Shown here one piece after another: positions 12,401 through 21,578 of a stretch of DNA of 64,000 bases. A program made the translations under genes and the position numbers. Within the stretch, counting starts at the first letter, position 1. Each line of letters begins with the position of its first letter. The stretch comes from Eutreptiella sp. 'Long Island Sound 2002' (lineage: Eukaryota; Protista; Euglenida): positions 20,584,001 through 20,648,000 of the forward strand of contig OZ038379.1 in the NCBI GenBank assembly GCA_964036045.1, given 5' to 3'. The notes under the pieces were generated by a model that did not search any database, was not told the origin of the DNA, and was given only the letters and a program-made list of their open reading frames with translations.

Positions 12401-12935
12401 CCGAGAAAACCTCCAAAGGCCACTGATCAAAGGGAAGTCTGAGTATCTGAGTCACTCGGAAGATGGACGCCAGCCCCATCCATTTCACTAGATTTGGTAT
12501 AAAACCATCAACCCCTGCCGTCGCATTGGTCAGTTTGTGCCGGATACGCAACAGGGACTCTACTGAGACCTGCATCACTTGTGAGAGAATCAGGTACCTG
12601 CGGGCCTCGATTGCAACAGGGGTGAGGTGCAGCACATACCTGTGGCGCATGACAGACTGAACCCACTCAGGAGGAACAATAGTGGAACGCACAGGGTATT
12701 TCAGGACACACTCCCTGGGCAACACCTGCAGGATGTCCCTACCCGTCACCAGAGATTGAGAGGATGTGTCCGTTACTTGATGTAACGAACAATGAACAAT
12801 GAACGGGTTTGCTGCTTGTAACTTCAGCACCTTCATGGTTTGCCCCGTGAGACCTGTTCCTGACACAGCTTTCCAGTCACTAATCGCCGTAGACCAGTAT
12901 TTGGAGGACAATCTGAACTCTAGGGAGCGCTGCAC
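9426..12935 (-). CDS. LINE reverse transcriptase + RNase H + C-terminal CCHC zinc knuckle (1169 aa)
   Basis: RT motifs: RPIKLL, FLDFSGAFDEI, GVLQGGGLDP, YVDD, IKFLG. RNase H D-E-D-D: FGDAS, LVEAS, WSDCLSAV, NSEMDSEAK. C-terminal CSLC-x8-H-x4-C. The start is GTG and the frame stays open 14 codons further upstream, so this is probably a continuation of the upstream ORF. Confidence 0.95.
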   Translation of the reverse strand: MQRSLEFRLSSKYWSTAISDWKAVSGTGLTGQTMKVLKLQAANPFIVHCSLHQVTDTSSQSLVTGRDILQVLPRECVLKYPVRSTIVPPEWVQSVMRHRYVLHLTPVAIEARRYLILSQVMQVSVESLLRIRHKLTNATAGVDGFIPNLVKWMGLASIFRVTQILRLPFDQWPLEVFSALHLTLKKSAGDNVNVNTRPIKLLSALFRIQAKLYAPLIQLATAPSESGCRQYAGFKGSSAHALRRMLHTVITQSLAVRGDVTTMFLDFSGAFDEINRQAILRVADTYPFLRGVVHEVVHHYMSFRQYVVSALGLSESYCQVEGVLQGGGLDPLFYILAVNLIHLAMRQLGVGVPVCVPPSVEMIASLGYVDDTVGFSSIDDRQRVADHLRVIIDCVGQRNNSSKMNVQVLQVKQGSVCSVSKSVAWDDKPVWSTSRHQHIKFLGGNANILGGFPTVKKVITRWSRTVISRLRGWPVSVGVAHTVIEGLVVNRLVFRCCVNVPTDVQISSVTGSICRVYRLVFGLAPNTPRACIVSILGKAAPDHVLWVTVINELFKSLNGPNALLAQSAWAHWSNPCLHRFDSDSQRIQSRLQSLGIQFRKLGSGQGAKWCVKPPWGDAFPTVLYVFGDASLKDCWGGAAKVVDGQGHVWLEYSVSLSAIGLSTKLVEASVVVSAVVAIAEFVSSHGVCLKEIWVWSDCLSAVQSLQSRDMADKTASIMDRVVAHFVLTHLPVQMGWVPARHDTELDDWISSFNSEMDSEAKAGARGERQEVSVLDVRLDRDSILPFQGERLIVDLKRHLLSQTDDALLSVSSSCSPAPPERSWRMVLPESVSGLKCWVQLQPLGIEHWGRIRAWSVYASADQWEWQHREAECSLCSMWCHSVTQHRFHECVFTKVRVLAWSGHVCEILWAAGIPRNRIALRWGGVEILGHPGLFIVWCHPAKGAAMSDSSKSVKPVWPIWPGLGPIRGISLVLPKLGVSQPHILIYQVLESAYSMVHGGYDTDNVRLQCPMFHSQWTARMNSGVLLGFHTPAAHLDSHTPSNLLWVLFSSVRGKGYVGHVLVCGKGTVKMTVWHSKVPSVWISECQGNLHSVVREAMRRRLGGEGVYWCLLGVQWPWEGLRQDSELQLWRFMVRTEQSCLSLGWVISDASHSRGVPPPVLKPVLDMQIW

Positions 12936-15900
12936 TCTCCAGCCCTGGCCGACTGTAATGGCCTTGAGAGACGCAACTCAGATTTCAGCTCCGAGTGGAC
13001 CTCTTCAGATTTAGGACTACTCACCACCTGGTTGACGACTGAGATACACTCTCTATAGGCCTGCAGCCAGCTAGACGCATCAGTGATGCCGAGACTCATG
13101 GCTTCCATGAGATTGGAAAAAATCACTCTGCTGTCATGGTCCCAATTGCGAGGTTCAACTGGGCGCATCAGAGATCCTGTGGCTCCTGCCTTTGCTGTCT
13201 GACACCCTTGAATCCAAACAACTGGGTGGTCGCCAACCTCTCTCAGCCACATACCGCAGGACTGCCCCGAGACTCCTTTTATAATGCAAAAGTCCTTGGG
13301 AAGATGAACCCTCCCCTGCATGAACGCAACTCGGGCACCCAGAAACTTGAGAAGGGCAACTGACAATTTATGTGTGCGGATGTCCCTATTCCACTCACCC
13401 CCCACGATGAGCCACGACACTGGTAGCTGTTGGAGACCGAAAATCAGATGCACCAACTGTTGATTGTATAACAGTTCGTCAGACCTCTGTGCCATGTGGA
13501 CGCTACCCAGGACCCCCAAGCCCCAGGCATTGTGGACCACCACAAGAAAAGAGTGGTCAGTATCCAGAAGAACAGTTTTGAACTGTGCCCAGGATGACAA
13601 AACCCAGACTTCTAGGCCTTTACCAACATCGCAGTGATCAGAGGAGCGATGCCAAAAGCCATCAATGTGTCTCCTGTCTAGCTTTTTCACAGAGCCCCAG
13701 GTTTCTTGAATGAACAGCACCTTGGCATCTGAGGTGACACGCATCTCAACCACTTCATCCCACTTGTTCCTGCGTATTTCAACTGACCTATTTAACCCCT
13801 GAACATTAGCAGACAGGCAGCCCCACGGCAAGGCAACAGGGGTGGCAGACTCAGGAATAGGAATGGAGCTCCACGCTTGCACTTCATAGTACTGCAACGA
13901 CCACTGAGGGGGGGTCCAATTGAGCCAGACATGTAACATCATGACACATTCCTGCGGGACACATCGACACAGAACTTTTTCTGTCCGCCATCCCCGAGAC
14001 AGAGGATCCCACTCAGTCACTCTGCAGACATCCTGCCACCACCCAGCAGTGTCATCCACAATCTCTTTGCGGTGTCTTGCCACTGCCTTTCCTGACTTGA
14101 CTAGCACTTGGTGCTGTCGTCCCCATTGTAAAGAAATGACCACCACCCAAAGGGGAAGAACACACTCCGGTTCAACAAAATTCACAGGGACTGGGGCCGC
14201 CAACAGGCCCATCCGGCCCAAAACAACTGCATTGGCACACATGTGAAATTTAGTATCGCCACACGCCATGGTTGCTGACCTTACGAGGGTAGCATCCGCA
14301 GGTGATGAGGGAACACCGAGCAAAGCCACGTGTCTGGACCCCACCGTTTCTACCTTCTTAGTTAAGCCTGTCCATTGAGGACTCATGATGCGGCAAACTG
14401 ACACTTTTCGATCACCGCATATCAAAACCCGATGGTGTTCAGCATCACTGCGCTCAACAGTAGGAGGGGGAACCCCGTCACTGGCCAACCGACCCCACGA
14501 TGCGTCAAGGCCTAGGGCAATTGAGGACACTTTAGAGTAGTCCCCCGTTTTTAGCTTCTTACGCACTTTGTTGACCTTGGTAAGCGTTTTGCGTTTTGAA
14601 AACTCCTCAGCCGCCCATTCAGGCACGTCGTAGAACCTATGATCTCTGTGTTTCACTGCTAGTTCTACACACTCCTTAGCCGAGACCCAGTGTTCCGGTG
14701 AGTCGTCATCCTCTCCTATCATGGTGGATTTTACTGCGGCATCGTAAACTTTGGACAGACCCCAGATGGCGTGAGCAGACACAACCTCCTTGAGTTCATC
14801 AGGCATTCCAGGCGGGGGAGAATGGAATCTAATGATCCCCCCTAACTCTCGTTGAAAGCCCCAACCCCACATGGACATGAAGGCATGAGAGGGGGAGAAG
14901 GGCGGAAACAGACACCACACCGGGGATTGCATTTTGGACGGCGAGAGAAACAGACCTGAAACAGGTGTACTCACTGGAGCCTCTTTGGCAGGCGCAGGCT
15001 GAGGAATATGAGAGCCAATTTTTCGCAGTCCTTCAACCAGTTGTAATTCCTTCACCTCAATGAGGTCTGAGCGGCCCAATGGGTCCCTGGATGCTCTGAT
15101 GCGCAAGCTGTCGCGGTACTTACCTCCCAGGATGGGATCTAGTCTGCTGGACGGAACAAACATGACAACCTCACCAAATTGGGGCAGCATGTCCCGATAG
15201 ACTCTGTAGTCGAGAGACAACTGGCCGAAGGCAGCTTCACAACCCAAAAAGGAGTCAAGGGCATCAGTATGTTCAAACCCAGTGAGCAGAATAGGTTTTA
15301 AACGATCCGTGGTGGACTGCGACTTCTCAACAATAACTTTGCCCAGCCCAGACCCAGCTTGCCATTGTTGTACCGGCGGTGAAACATTATCAGAGATGGA
15401 GGCACTAGCCTGTCGTGGCTCAGCGGAGTTACTGCCCTGTGCAATGGAAGCCGTTTCATCCAGCGTTAGTGCCCTGACTACTCCCTCTACCTGCGGTTTC
15501 TTGGAGTTTTTTGGCTTGGACGGAGAGGGCTTGGACGCATCTGCACCTGAAGAAGGACTGGAAATAACGTTGCGTTTTCTATTAGCCTCTGCAGCTAGTT
15601 TGGCTTGCAGGCGATGCCCTTCCTCTTCTGCCTGCCTAAGAGGACGCATCCACTTGAGCAACGCTACCATGACACCCTTCCAGAGCCTGCCCTCAACCGG
15701 TGTGGCTGACTTCAACCTCAGCAAAATATTACTCCTGATCCCCGAGGCTGCCAACAGCAAAACTTCAACAGGAACATCCTCACTGTACATCTCAGCAACC
15801 AAGGACTGAAGTTTATCTTCCTCATTGATCGAAAGATCATCAACGGTGTTGACCAGGGAGATAGCACGCAAGACATCAGCGGACTCCGAACCTTGTTCCT

Positions 15901-16651
15901 GCGGGACTACGTCTGTGGGTTGATCTGGAGCTTCTGAGAGAGCGTCGGATTCACTAAAAATTTCCTTGTAAAAGGCTGACCAGATAGAGCGAAGTTCGGA
16001 CTTGGCATTGAGACGTGCAGTGCTCCATTCGGTAAGCATGGGTCTGTCTGAGACTTTTGCAATGGTGGCCAGCATGGCATCCAAAAGGGAGTATTTTGAG
16101 GAGATGTTTGAGAAGCTTTCCGGTACTCTCTTGGATTTGACAACCTGGCGGCAGATGTCCTTCTCAGCACCATCCGGCAACTTGCCCACCAAGGAACTCC
16201 AGGAATTAGTCTCGATATCGGGACGCAGTTTGAGGACCTCATCCAACACAGTGTTGTCAATGGACCCGGCCAGAATACACATTGTCATGATCCTGGCCCT
16301 GACGCTGTCTGGTTGAACCCACAGGCCCACCGGTTCTTCTACAGGGTCCCCATGAGTGGGTAACCATCGCAATTTTGTAGGGGTGCCCCCTTTTTGAATG
16401 TGACCAAACTCCAGAGAAATAGTTGTCATGGGGCTGCACATGTGGAGTGGAGAGAAAACCAAAAAGATTACCTCTGTGGGACTGGTACAGGCACCGATAC
16501 TCACTATCTGCATGCCCCTGGGCCTCAGGCAGTTGCGCTCTGTCTGGCATACCCCACACTTCCCACAGACGCCGATACTCACTATCTGCGCGTCATAGAT
16601 GCTGTCATTGTCGGGTGGAATTACCCTGCGAGTGATATCAGCTTTTGTCAT
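12920..16651 (-). CDS. LINE N-terminal region (coiled coil, RRM-like segment, unknown ~400 aa) fused to an APE endonuclease (1243 aa)
   Basis: APE motifs in the C-terminal third: SANVQG, FIQETW, GGEWN, KDF, GDHP. The real start may be a downstream ATG such as MTTISLEF. The RRM-like call (ILLTGF...GEVVMFV) is inference. Confidence 0.85.
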   Translation of the reverse strand: MTKADITRRVIPPDNDSIYDAQIVSIGVCGKCGVCQTERNCLRPRGMQIVSIGACTSPTEVIFLVFSPLHMCSPMTTISLEFGHIQKGGTPTKLRWLPTHGDPVEEPVGLWVQPDSVRARIMTMCILAGSIDNTVLDEVLKLRPDIETNSWSSLVGKLPDGAEKDICRQVVKSKRVPESFSNISSKYSLLDAMLATIAKVSDRPMLTEWSTARLNAKSELRSIWSAFYKEIFSESDALSEAPDQPTDVVPQEQGSESADVLRAISLVNTVDDLSINEEDKLQSLVAEMYSEDVPVEVLLLAASGIRSNILLRLKSATPVEGRLWKGVMVALLKWMRPLRQAEEEGHRLQAKLAAEANRKRNVISSPSSGADASKPSPSKPKNSKKPQVEGVVRALTLDETASIAQGSNSAEPRQASASISDNVSPPVQQWQAGSGLGKVIVEKSQSTTDRLKPILLTGFEHTDALDSFLGCEAAFGQLSLDYRVYRDMLPQFGEVVMFVPSSRLDPILGGKYRDSLRIRASRDPLGRSDLIEVKELQLVEGLRKIGSHIPQPAPAKEAPVSTPVSGLFLSPSKMQSPVWCLFPPFSPSHAFMSMWGWGFQRELGGIIRFHSPPPGMPDELKEVVSAHAIWGLSKVYDAAVKSTMIGEDDDSPEHWVSAKECVELAVKHRDHRFYDVPEWAAEEFSKRKTLTKVNKVRKKLKTGDYSKVSSIALGLDASWGRLASDGVPPPTVERSDAEHHRVLICGDRKVSVCRIMSPQWTGLTKKVETVGSRHVALLGVPSSPADATLVRSATMACGDTKFHMCANAVVLGRMGLLAAPVPVNFVEPECVLPLWVVVISLQWGRQHQVLVKSGKAVARHRKEIVDDTAGWWQDVCRVTEWDPLSRGWRTEKVLCRCVPQECVMMLHVWLNWTPPQWSLQYYEVQAWSSIPIPESATPVALPWGCLSANVQGLNRSVEIRRNKWDEVVEMRVTSDAKVLFIQETWGSVKKLDRRHIDGFWHRSSDHCDVGKGLEVWVLSSWAQFKTVLLDTDHSFLVVVHNAWGLGVLGSVHMAQRSDELLYNQQLVHLIFGLQQLPVSWLIVGGEWNRDIRTHKLSVALLKFLGARVAFMQGRVHLPKDFCIIKGVSGQSCGMWLREVGDHPVVWIQGCQTAKAGATGSLMRPVEPRNWDHDSRVIFSNLMEAMSLGITDASSWLQAYRECISVVNQVVSSPKSEEVHSELKSELRLSRPLQSARAGECSAP

Positions 16652-16683
16652 TCTGGGACGTCGATACTCACTATCTGCACGTC
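16490..16683 (-). other. Three 27-nt hairpin repeats with invariant core GCAGAUAGUGAGUAUCG, separated by unique spacers
   Basis: Cores at 16495-16511, 16573-16589 and 16662-16678. Flanking 5-bp stems on the element strand are GGCAU/GUGCC, GACGC/GCGUC and GACGU/ACGUC. Confidence 0.85.
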
Positions 16684-18754
16684 ACGACAAATCAGAATTG
16701 TAACGGCTTGACTATGATTCAATCACACACGGCCCCCACTTCCTAGTTACCTCCTTTCCTGATTCGTGTCCCATACCTCCATACCTTGCCCTCCCAACAG
16801 CCTAACGGCGGACGCAGACAACTGACGACCAACAATGAAAGTGAGGAAAAACCAAGCGCTATAGGCCCGTAGGCTCCTGAAGGGTGTGAAGAACCGCATC
16901 AGGCAGTCACGCAAATGAAAAACAAAACACAGTGACAACCCGTGCCCTTGACTGCTGACAGACTTTTCTGGCTGACGCTGTCTATGTCATCACCGCATGA
17001 GAAACCAGAAGCAATCTGGAAACTGTTCCCAGTGTCTGTAATAGGTGCAGCAGCTCGCAGAAAAAATAAATTTTTCCGAGTTGTTATCTACTCCCTGACC
17101 TGTCACAGTCAAATGTGTGGAAGCCGAAGCCTGGGGGCAGGCAAGGAGGGGGTTGCCGTGGCGGGGAGGGCAGAGAGGATCTTACAGCTTTTTATTTTTA
17201 GAACCCACGACGCTCTTTCGGACCTCTTGGTTGCCCAGGTGTCCTCTCTTCCCCCCCCTGTAGGGCTGAAACTGAACACTGGCTACCCGGGCACCCAGCC
17301 TACAGGCAGCACACTTTAACTCAGAAATAATGGTCCCAGATGAAAATAAAAACGAAAAATTTTTCAAAGCGGCGCTGCCTGCGGCCCCCAGAAAATAGAA
17401 AAATTGTGAGATACTCACTCGGGGAAGAGGTCAAGAGCGTGTGGGGGGTTAAGGGGACATTTCTGCCTACACATGGTCTAAGTCTCCGGGTCCCCCCATG
17501 ACAGGGGGACCTCTATCGTGATGGAACTGTCACTCTGGAGCCCCAGTCCTCTGTGGATGCAAAACGAGCAGGAAGGGAGGAGGAGACCCGTGATCCTATG
17601 GGTGAGAGGGGAGAAGGGGGTAACATAACTGAGATTCATCTGCAGAGTCCGACATTGTGTGGCGGACATGTTGCTACAAAATAAAAACCGACATTGTTGT
17701 ACCGCTGCTCCCAGGGGGGGAGGCCAGCGGTGCTGTACATCGTCTGCCGGCGGGGCAGGGGTCACCCCGGTGCCGTCTCCACCTCCAGCGACCCCTGTGA
17801 TAAATCCGTCCCCAGCCCAGACCCGGACATCTGGGAGGGGAATCCGTCCACCATTTGAATCGATGTATGAGTCTGGTTGAACATCCAGCTCTGCTCCTAT
17901 TTAGGTTGTGTGATGGCTGTGAGACCTGCTGTCACGGTTGCCCCGCATTGCATCGCAGGGCAGGACCGGTAGCCCCCCGTGACAGCAGATCCTTGGCCGA
18001 AGGCCATGACTTTGCAGTTTTATTTCAGTGACTATGATGAAGTGACTGATTCCCAGACACTTCACAGTTTGTACCCCTGATTGAAGCTCCAGAGGAATGT
18101 GAACTGAGGTAGTAATCAAGCAAAAGGCAAAGCAACAGAAGCAACCCCCCCCCCCCCCCACACGACAACCAGGGGACCCGCCACCGTGCACTGCTGACCC
18201 GCATCTTCCCGAGACACGGCGCCGCGCTCAATGGCAGAGGCCAGAGGCTGAAGTGGAGGGAGGGTGTTGTTCTTAGGGTGCTCCAGATGGATCCCAAGTA
18301 TGAATCCCCGATCATATCCCAGGTGGAATACCAGTATGATCCCAAGATACCACCCTGATTGTACCCCACCTTTTTGATCTTCTGATCCCCATGTACGTAC
18401 CCCAGTTAGAACCCCAGGTTGAATACCCCATTGACCACCTGATATTCCCATGATAGAACCCCAGGGAGATGAACTCCTGCTTGATGGATTCTCCTCTGAG
18501 CCCCCCCAGCAGGGAGGCGTCCGACTGACTCCTAGTCTCGCTCCGACATCGTATTCTGTCGAAACCTGAAAAGGAGTAGAAACCGTAATGGATGGTATCC
18601 TACCTACTTGGAGAGAGGAGCAGGAGCCCCTATTATTGTAACTATACCTGAACCCTTTCCCTGACTACTACTTCTGTCTACCCTGATGTCGTTGATTGTT
18701 GAACACTCCTACCTTTATCCTGTGAGGCATCGAAGATGTGGAACAGGTTAAGGA

Positions 18755-18755
<1 letters not shown>

Positions 18756-18785
<30 letters not shown>

Positions 18786-18871
18786 CATACATACATACAT
18801 ACATACATACATACATACATACATACATACATACATACATACATACATACATACATACATACATACATACA
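18756..18871. repeat. (TACA)29 microsatellite
   Basis: Direct count. Confidence 0.95.
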
Positions 18872-18940
18872 TGCATTACTTCACCCTCCTCCCCATAAAT
18901 TCCGCCGCAAGCAACAAGCAACAAGCAACAAGCAACACAT

Positions 18941-20163
18941 CCATCCTAGATCTGTTTTGTGAATTACTCGGTCATGGCAGCCTGGTGTAGGGCGCAAGTG
19001 TGCGGGTTTGGACCCCACAGGTGCCCTTCCCAAATCCCGAGTTTGAGCCCCCAGCCTGCACGCGGCAGGCCCTAGGGTGGGAGATGCCCTCCCAAATATG
19101 CGCTTTTTTTTTTTGCTCAAAACAGCCATTTTTTGCCCAAAACAGCCCAAACAGCTCCAAAACCCGTTCAAAACGGCCAAACGAAAGGAAACGGTGACAC
19201 ACACCTCACATGCAGCTTGACCTCCGTTCCTGTTTCGGATGTCCGCCTTTTCGCTTTACTATATTTTCCTCGGCTTAATTGGTGAACCAATATTGGAACG
19301 TATAAGCATGCTGTTATATTGGCCCCATCCCAGTCCCTTGGTGGCCACAGAGAGTATAATGGTGGCACTAACGTTGGCCATGGCCCTATCTCGACTCTTT
19401 TCTTGAGCTTGATTTTGTCCCAGTGCCGGCATAGTGCCAATTACACCATGTGATATGTTATATTGGCCGAATCCCAACTAATTGGTGGCCACACAAAGTA
19501 CTTGGTGCTTTGTGGACTCGGCGTCCCGTCGTTAAGGTCGCTATGGGGTGCCGTACGGAACCTGCAATTGTACTTATGGCATATGTGTTGCAAAAGTTGC
19601 ATTTTCCCCCAATTTCCCAAAAACATTTTATAATTACACGACCCACCGCGAACAAAATTACACGGCTTGTCGCAAAACAAAAAATACACGACTTGACGAT
19701 TTTTTTGTACACAGGTTACATTTTTCACCCGAGCATGCGACAGCCTAGTGCGCAGTGGTTCGGGTCTAGGCGTCTTTTTGGGGGTGGAACCATAAAAAGT
19801 GGGGGCTTGTGGATGGCCTAGGCAACCTCGGAATCGGCTTTTGCGCGGCATAGCCCTGGATATGGTCTGTTCATGGTTTGGGGTGGGCTACGGCCAAGCG
19901 AAGATTCTAGGGCATTTTTGGAGCCTTTTCTTGCACATTTCGGGCAGTTATAGGGCACCAAAGGAGTCTTTGACACAAGGAAATTGAGGTGCACATACAG
20001 TGTCCCAACCGTTTTCCTTCATTTGGCCGTTTTGAACATGTCCTAGGGCTCCTTTCGGGCAAAAAATGCCTGTGTTTGGCGCAAAACTGCCCCGGGCTGC
20101 CACCAGTGAGTTTCTGGTTCAAAGCTTGGATTTGGCAAGGCCACCCCCTAGGCTCTAGGATGG
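18941..20163. mobile_element. Non-autonomous DNA element / long MITE with inverted subterminal repeats
   Basis: CCATCCTAGA (18941-18950) / TCTAGGATGG (20154-20163). TTCAAAACGGCCAAACGAAAGGAAACGGT (~19168) is inverted at ~20010-20037. No TSD found; ends uncertain. Confidence 0.45.
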
Positions 20164-21182
20164 CTAGAGTAGAGTAGACCCTGAAGCGTTGGAACGTAGT
20201 GATGGCCAAAACGGAAAGGAGGGGTGTTTTTGTTGTTGCTTGCTTGTGGCTGGGTTTTGGGGGGGGGGGTGATATACTCTCTCATGCCCTTGGCAAGTCC
20301 CCTTTGTAGAACTCACCTTGTTCGCAACAGTGGGAGCAACAAGCTGCAGTCGCACATTAAAGGGGCAGATGTCGTGTAGATGGTGGAATGTGGCATGGCA
20401 AGGCGGACAGTCAGCAAGCACCACTGGCAGAGACGAGAGAACATGGGCACCACATCTCACAAGAGTATGGTATGCCGGAGTGCTCCTACTTCTTAATGAC
20501 AAGGAGGTCACCCTAGAATGGATGTTTTACACACGCCACAATGACGAAAGCAAGACCAAAAGTCCAAGTGTCTAGTCCTGTCAGACCCATGATTGATACT
20601 GGCAAGGCGGTGCACAATCCCATGTAGACATATGCAAGGCCTACACATGGTTGCGACTTGCCACTGTCCAAAGTCTTGTTTCATCTAGTGGACTGCGTCC
20701 AAGGAACCTCTCAAAACCGTCCTGGATCAGGGGTCAGTGCAGACAGCATGGGATTTATGCCACACAGTGTAAGTGGGCTCCCTCACACGAGGGGCCTCTG
20801 TCCCTCTATCTCGGCATGGTTTGCTCATTCTGTGGCAGCCTCTGCCTGGGCAAGTGTTGGAGGGTCATGTCATCATTGGCACACTAGGGAAAATCAATGT
20901 AGCTGTGAGTCAGGGCTCTTCGTGGCTGTGGCCAGGGGTGAGATTACCCCAAATGCAGAGTGCACACACGGTTGCCCTGTTCTGACATGCCCATGGGATG
21001 GCCAGATCATCCTGCAGTCGTGCGTATGCCGACACCGGCCTTTGGACTTGCGGCGCCCCTGGCGAACGGTCACACTGTACATAGTGCCCGCGGTGCACCA
21101 TCTCCTTCGTGTCCACTCTTCATTCAGACCCTCGTCACGTCCTGTCGCTCTCCCCCCTGTGCCGCCCGCTCTGCTGCTTCAG

Positions 21183-21578
21183 GTACTGACTATGGAGTGG
21201 GTCAGAGGGGCCAAGTTCACCGATAAGCAGGCGGTCCATGGGCTTGGGCTTCGGTACCGCGACGTCACACAGACGCTTGTTGAGGTGTTTGCGGATCAAA
21301 TCTTCGGGTCCGGGTTCGTGCACTGCGACCCCCACCCTGGCAACCTCCTGGTCTGCAAAGGGCCTGATGGCCGCCATCGGCTGTGTGTCCTGGACCACGG
21401 GCTTTACATTGAGGAGCCCTCTTCCTTCCGCCTCCAGTACTGTCAGCTCTGGGAAGCGATTTTCATGCTGGACACGGCGCGGCTAACGAAGATCTGCACC
21501 GATTGGGGCATCCATGACGCGGAGTTTTTTGCCTCGTTGCAGCTGTTCCGGCCCTTCAGGCAGGACAAGATCCAGCAG
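21183..21578 (+). CDS. ABC1/ADCK1-like atypical protein kinase, internal exon (upstream exons not found in the window)
   Basis: VLTMEWV.G, FVHCDPHPGN and VLDHGLY are ABC1 kinase motifs. Pyrimidine-rich CAG acceptor at 21180-21182 and GT donor at 21579, both phase 0. Confidence 0.9.

Larger units (their letters stand above)
9047..18755 (-). mobile_element. Non-LTR retrotransposon (APE-RT-RNase H type), near full length; the 5' boundary is uncertain, between ~17000 and 18755
   Basis: Two long overlapping ORFs carry APE, RT, RNase H and CCHC motifs. The 3' tail is (CAAAT)5 at 9047-9074 on the minus strand. The region is bracketed by (TACA)n arrays. Confidence 0.9.

Noticed and set aside
12923-12977. 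Programmed -1 ribosomal frameshift
   Set aside because: No X XXY YYZ slippery heptamer in the overlap, and a split between APE and RT is atypical. A 1-nt deletion or sequencing error is simpler, though not proven.
15282-15809. 175-aa plus-strand ORF
   Set aside because: Antisense shadow of the LINE ORF.
16490-16683. True CRISPR mini-array
   Set aside because: Spacers are 51-62 nt and unequal, the repeat stems vary, and there are no cas genes. Kept only as a structured-RNA finding.
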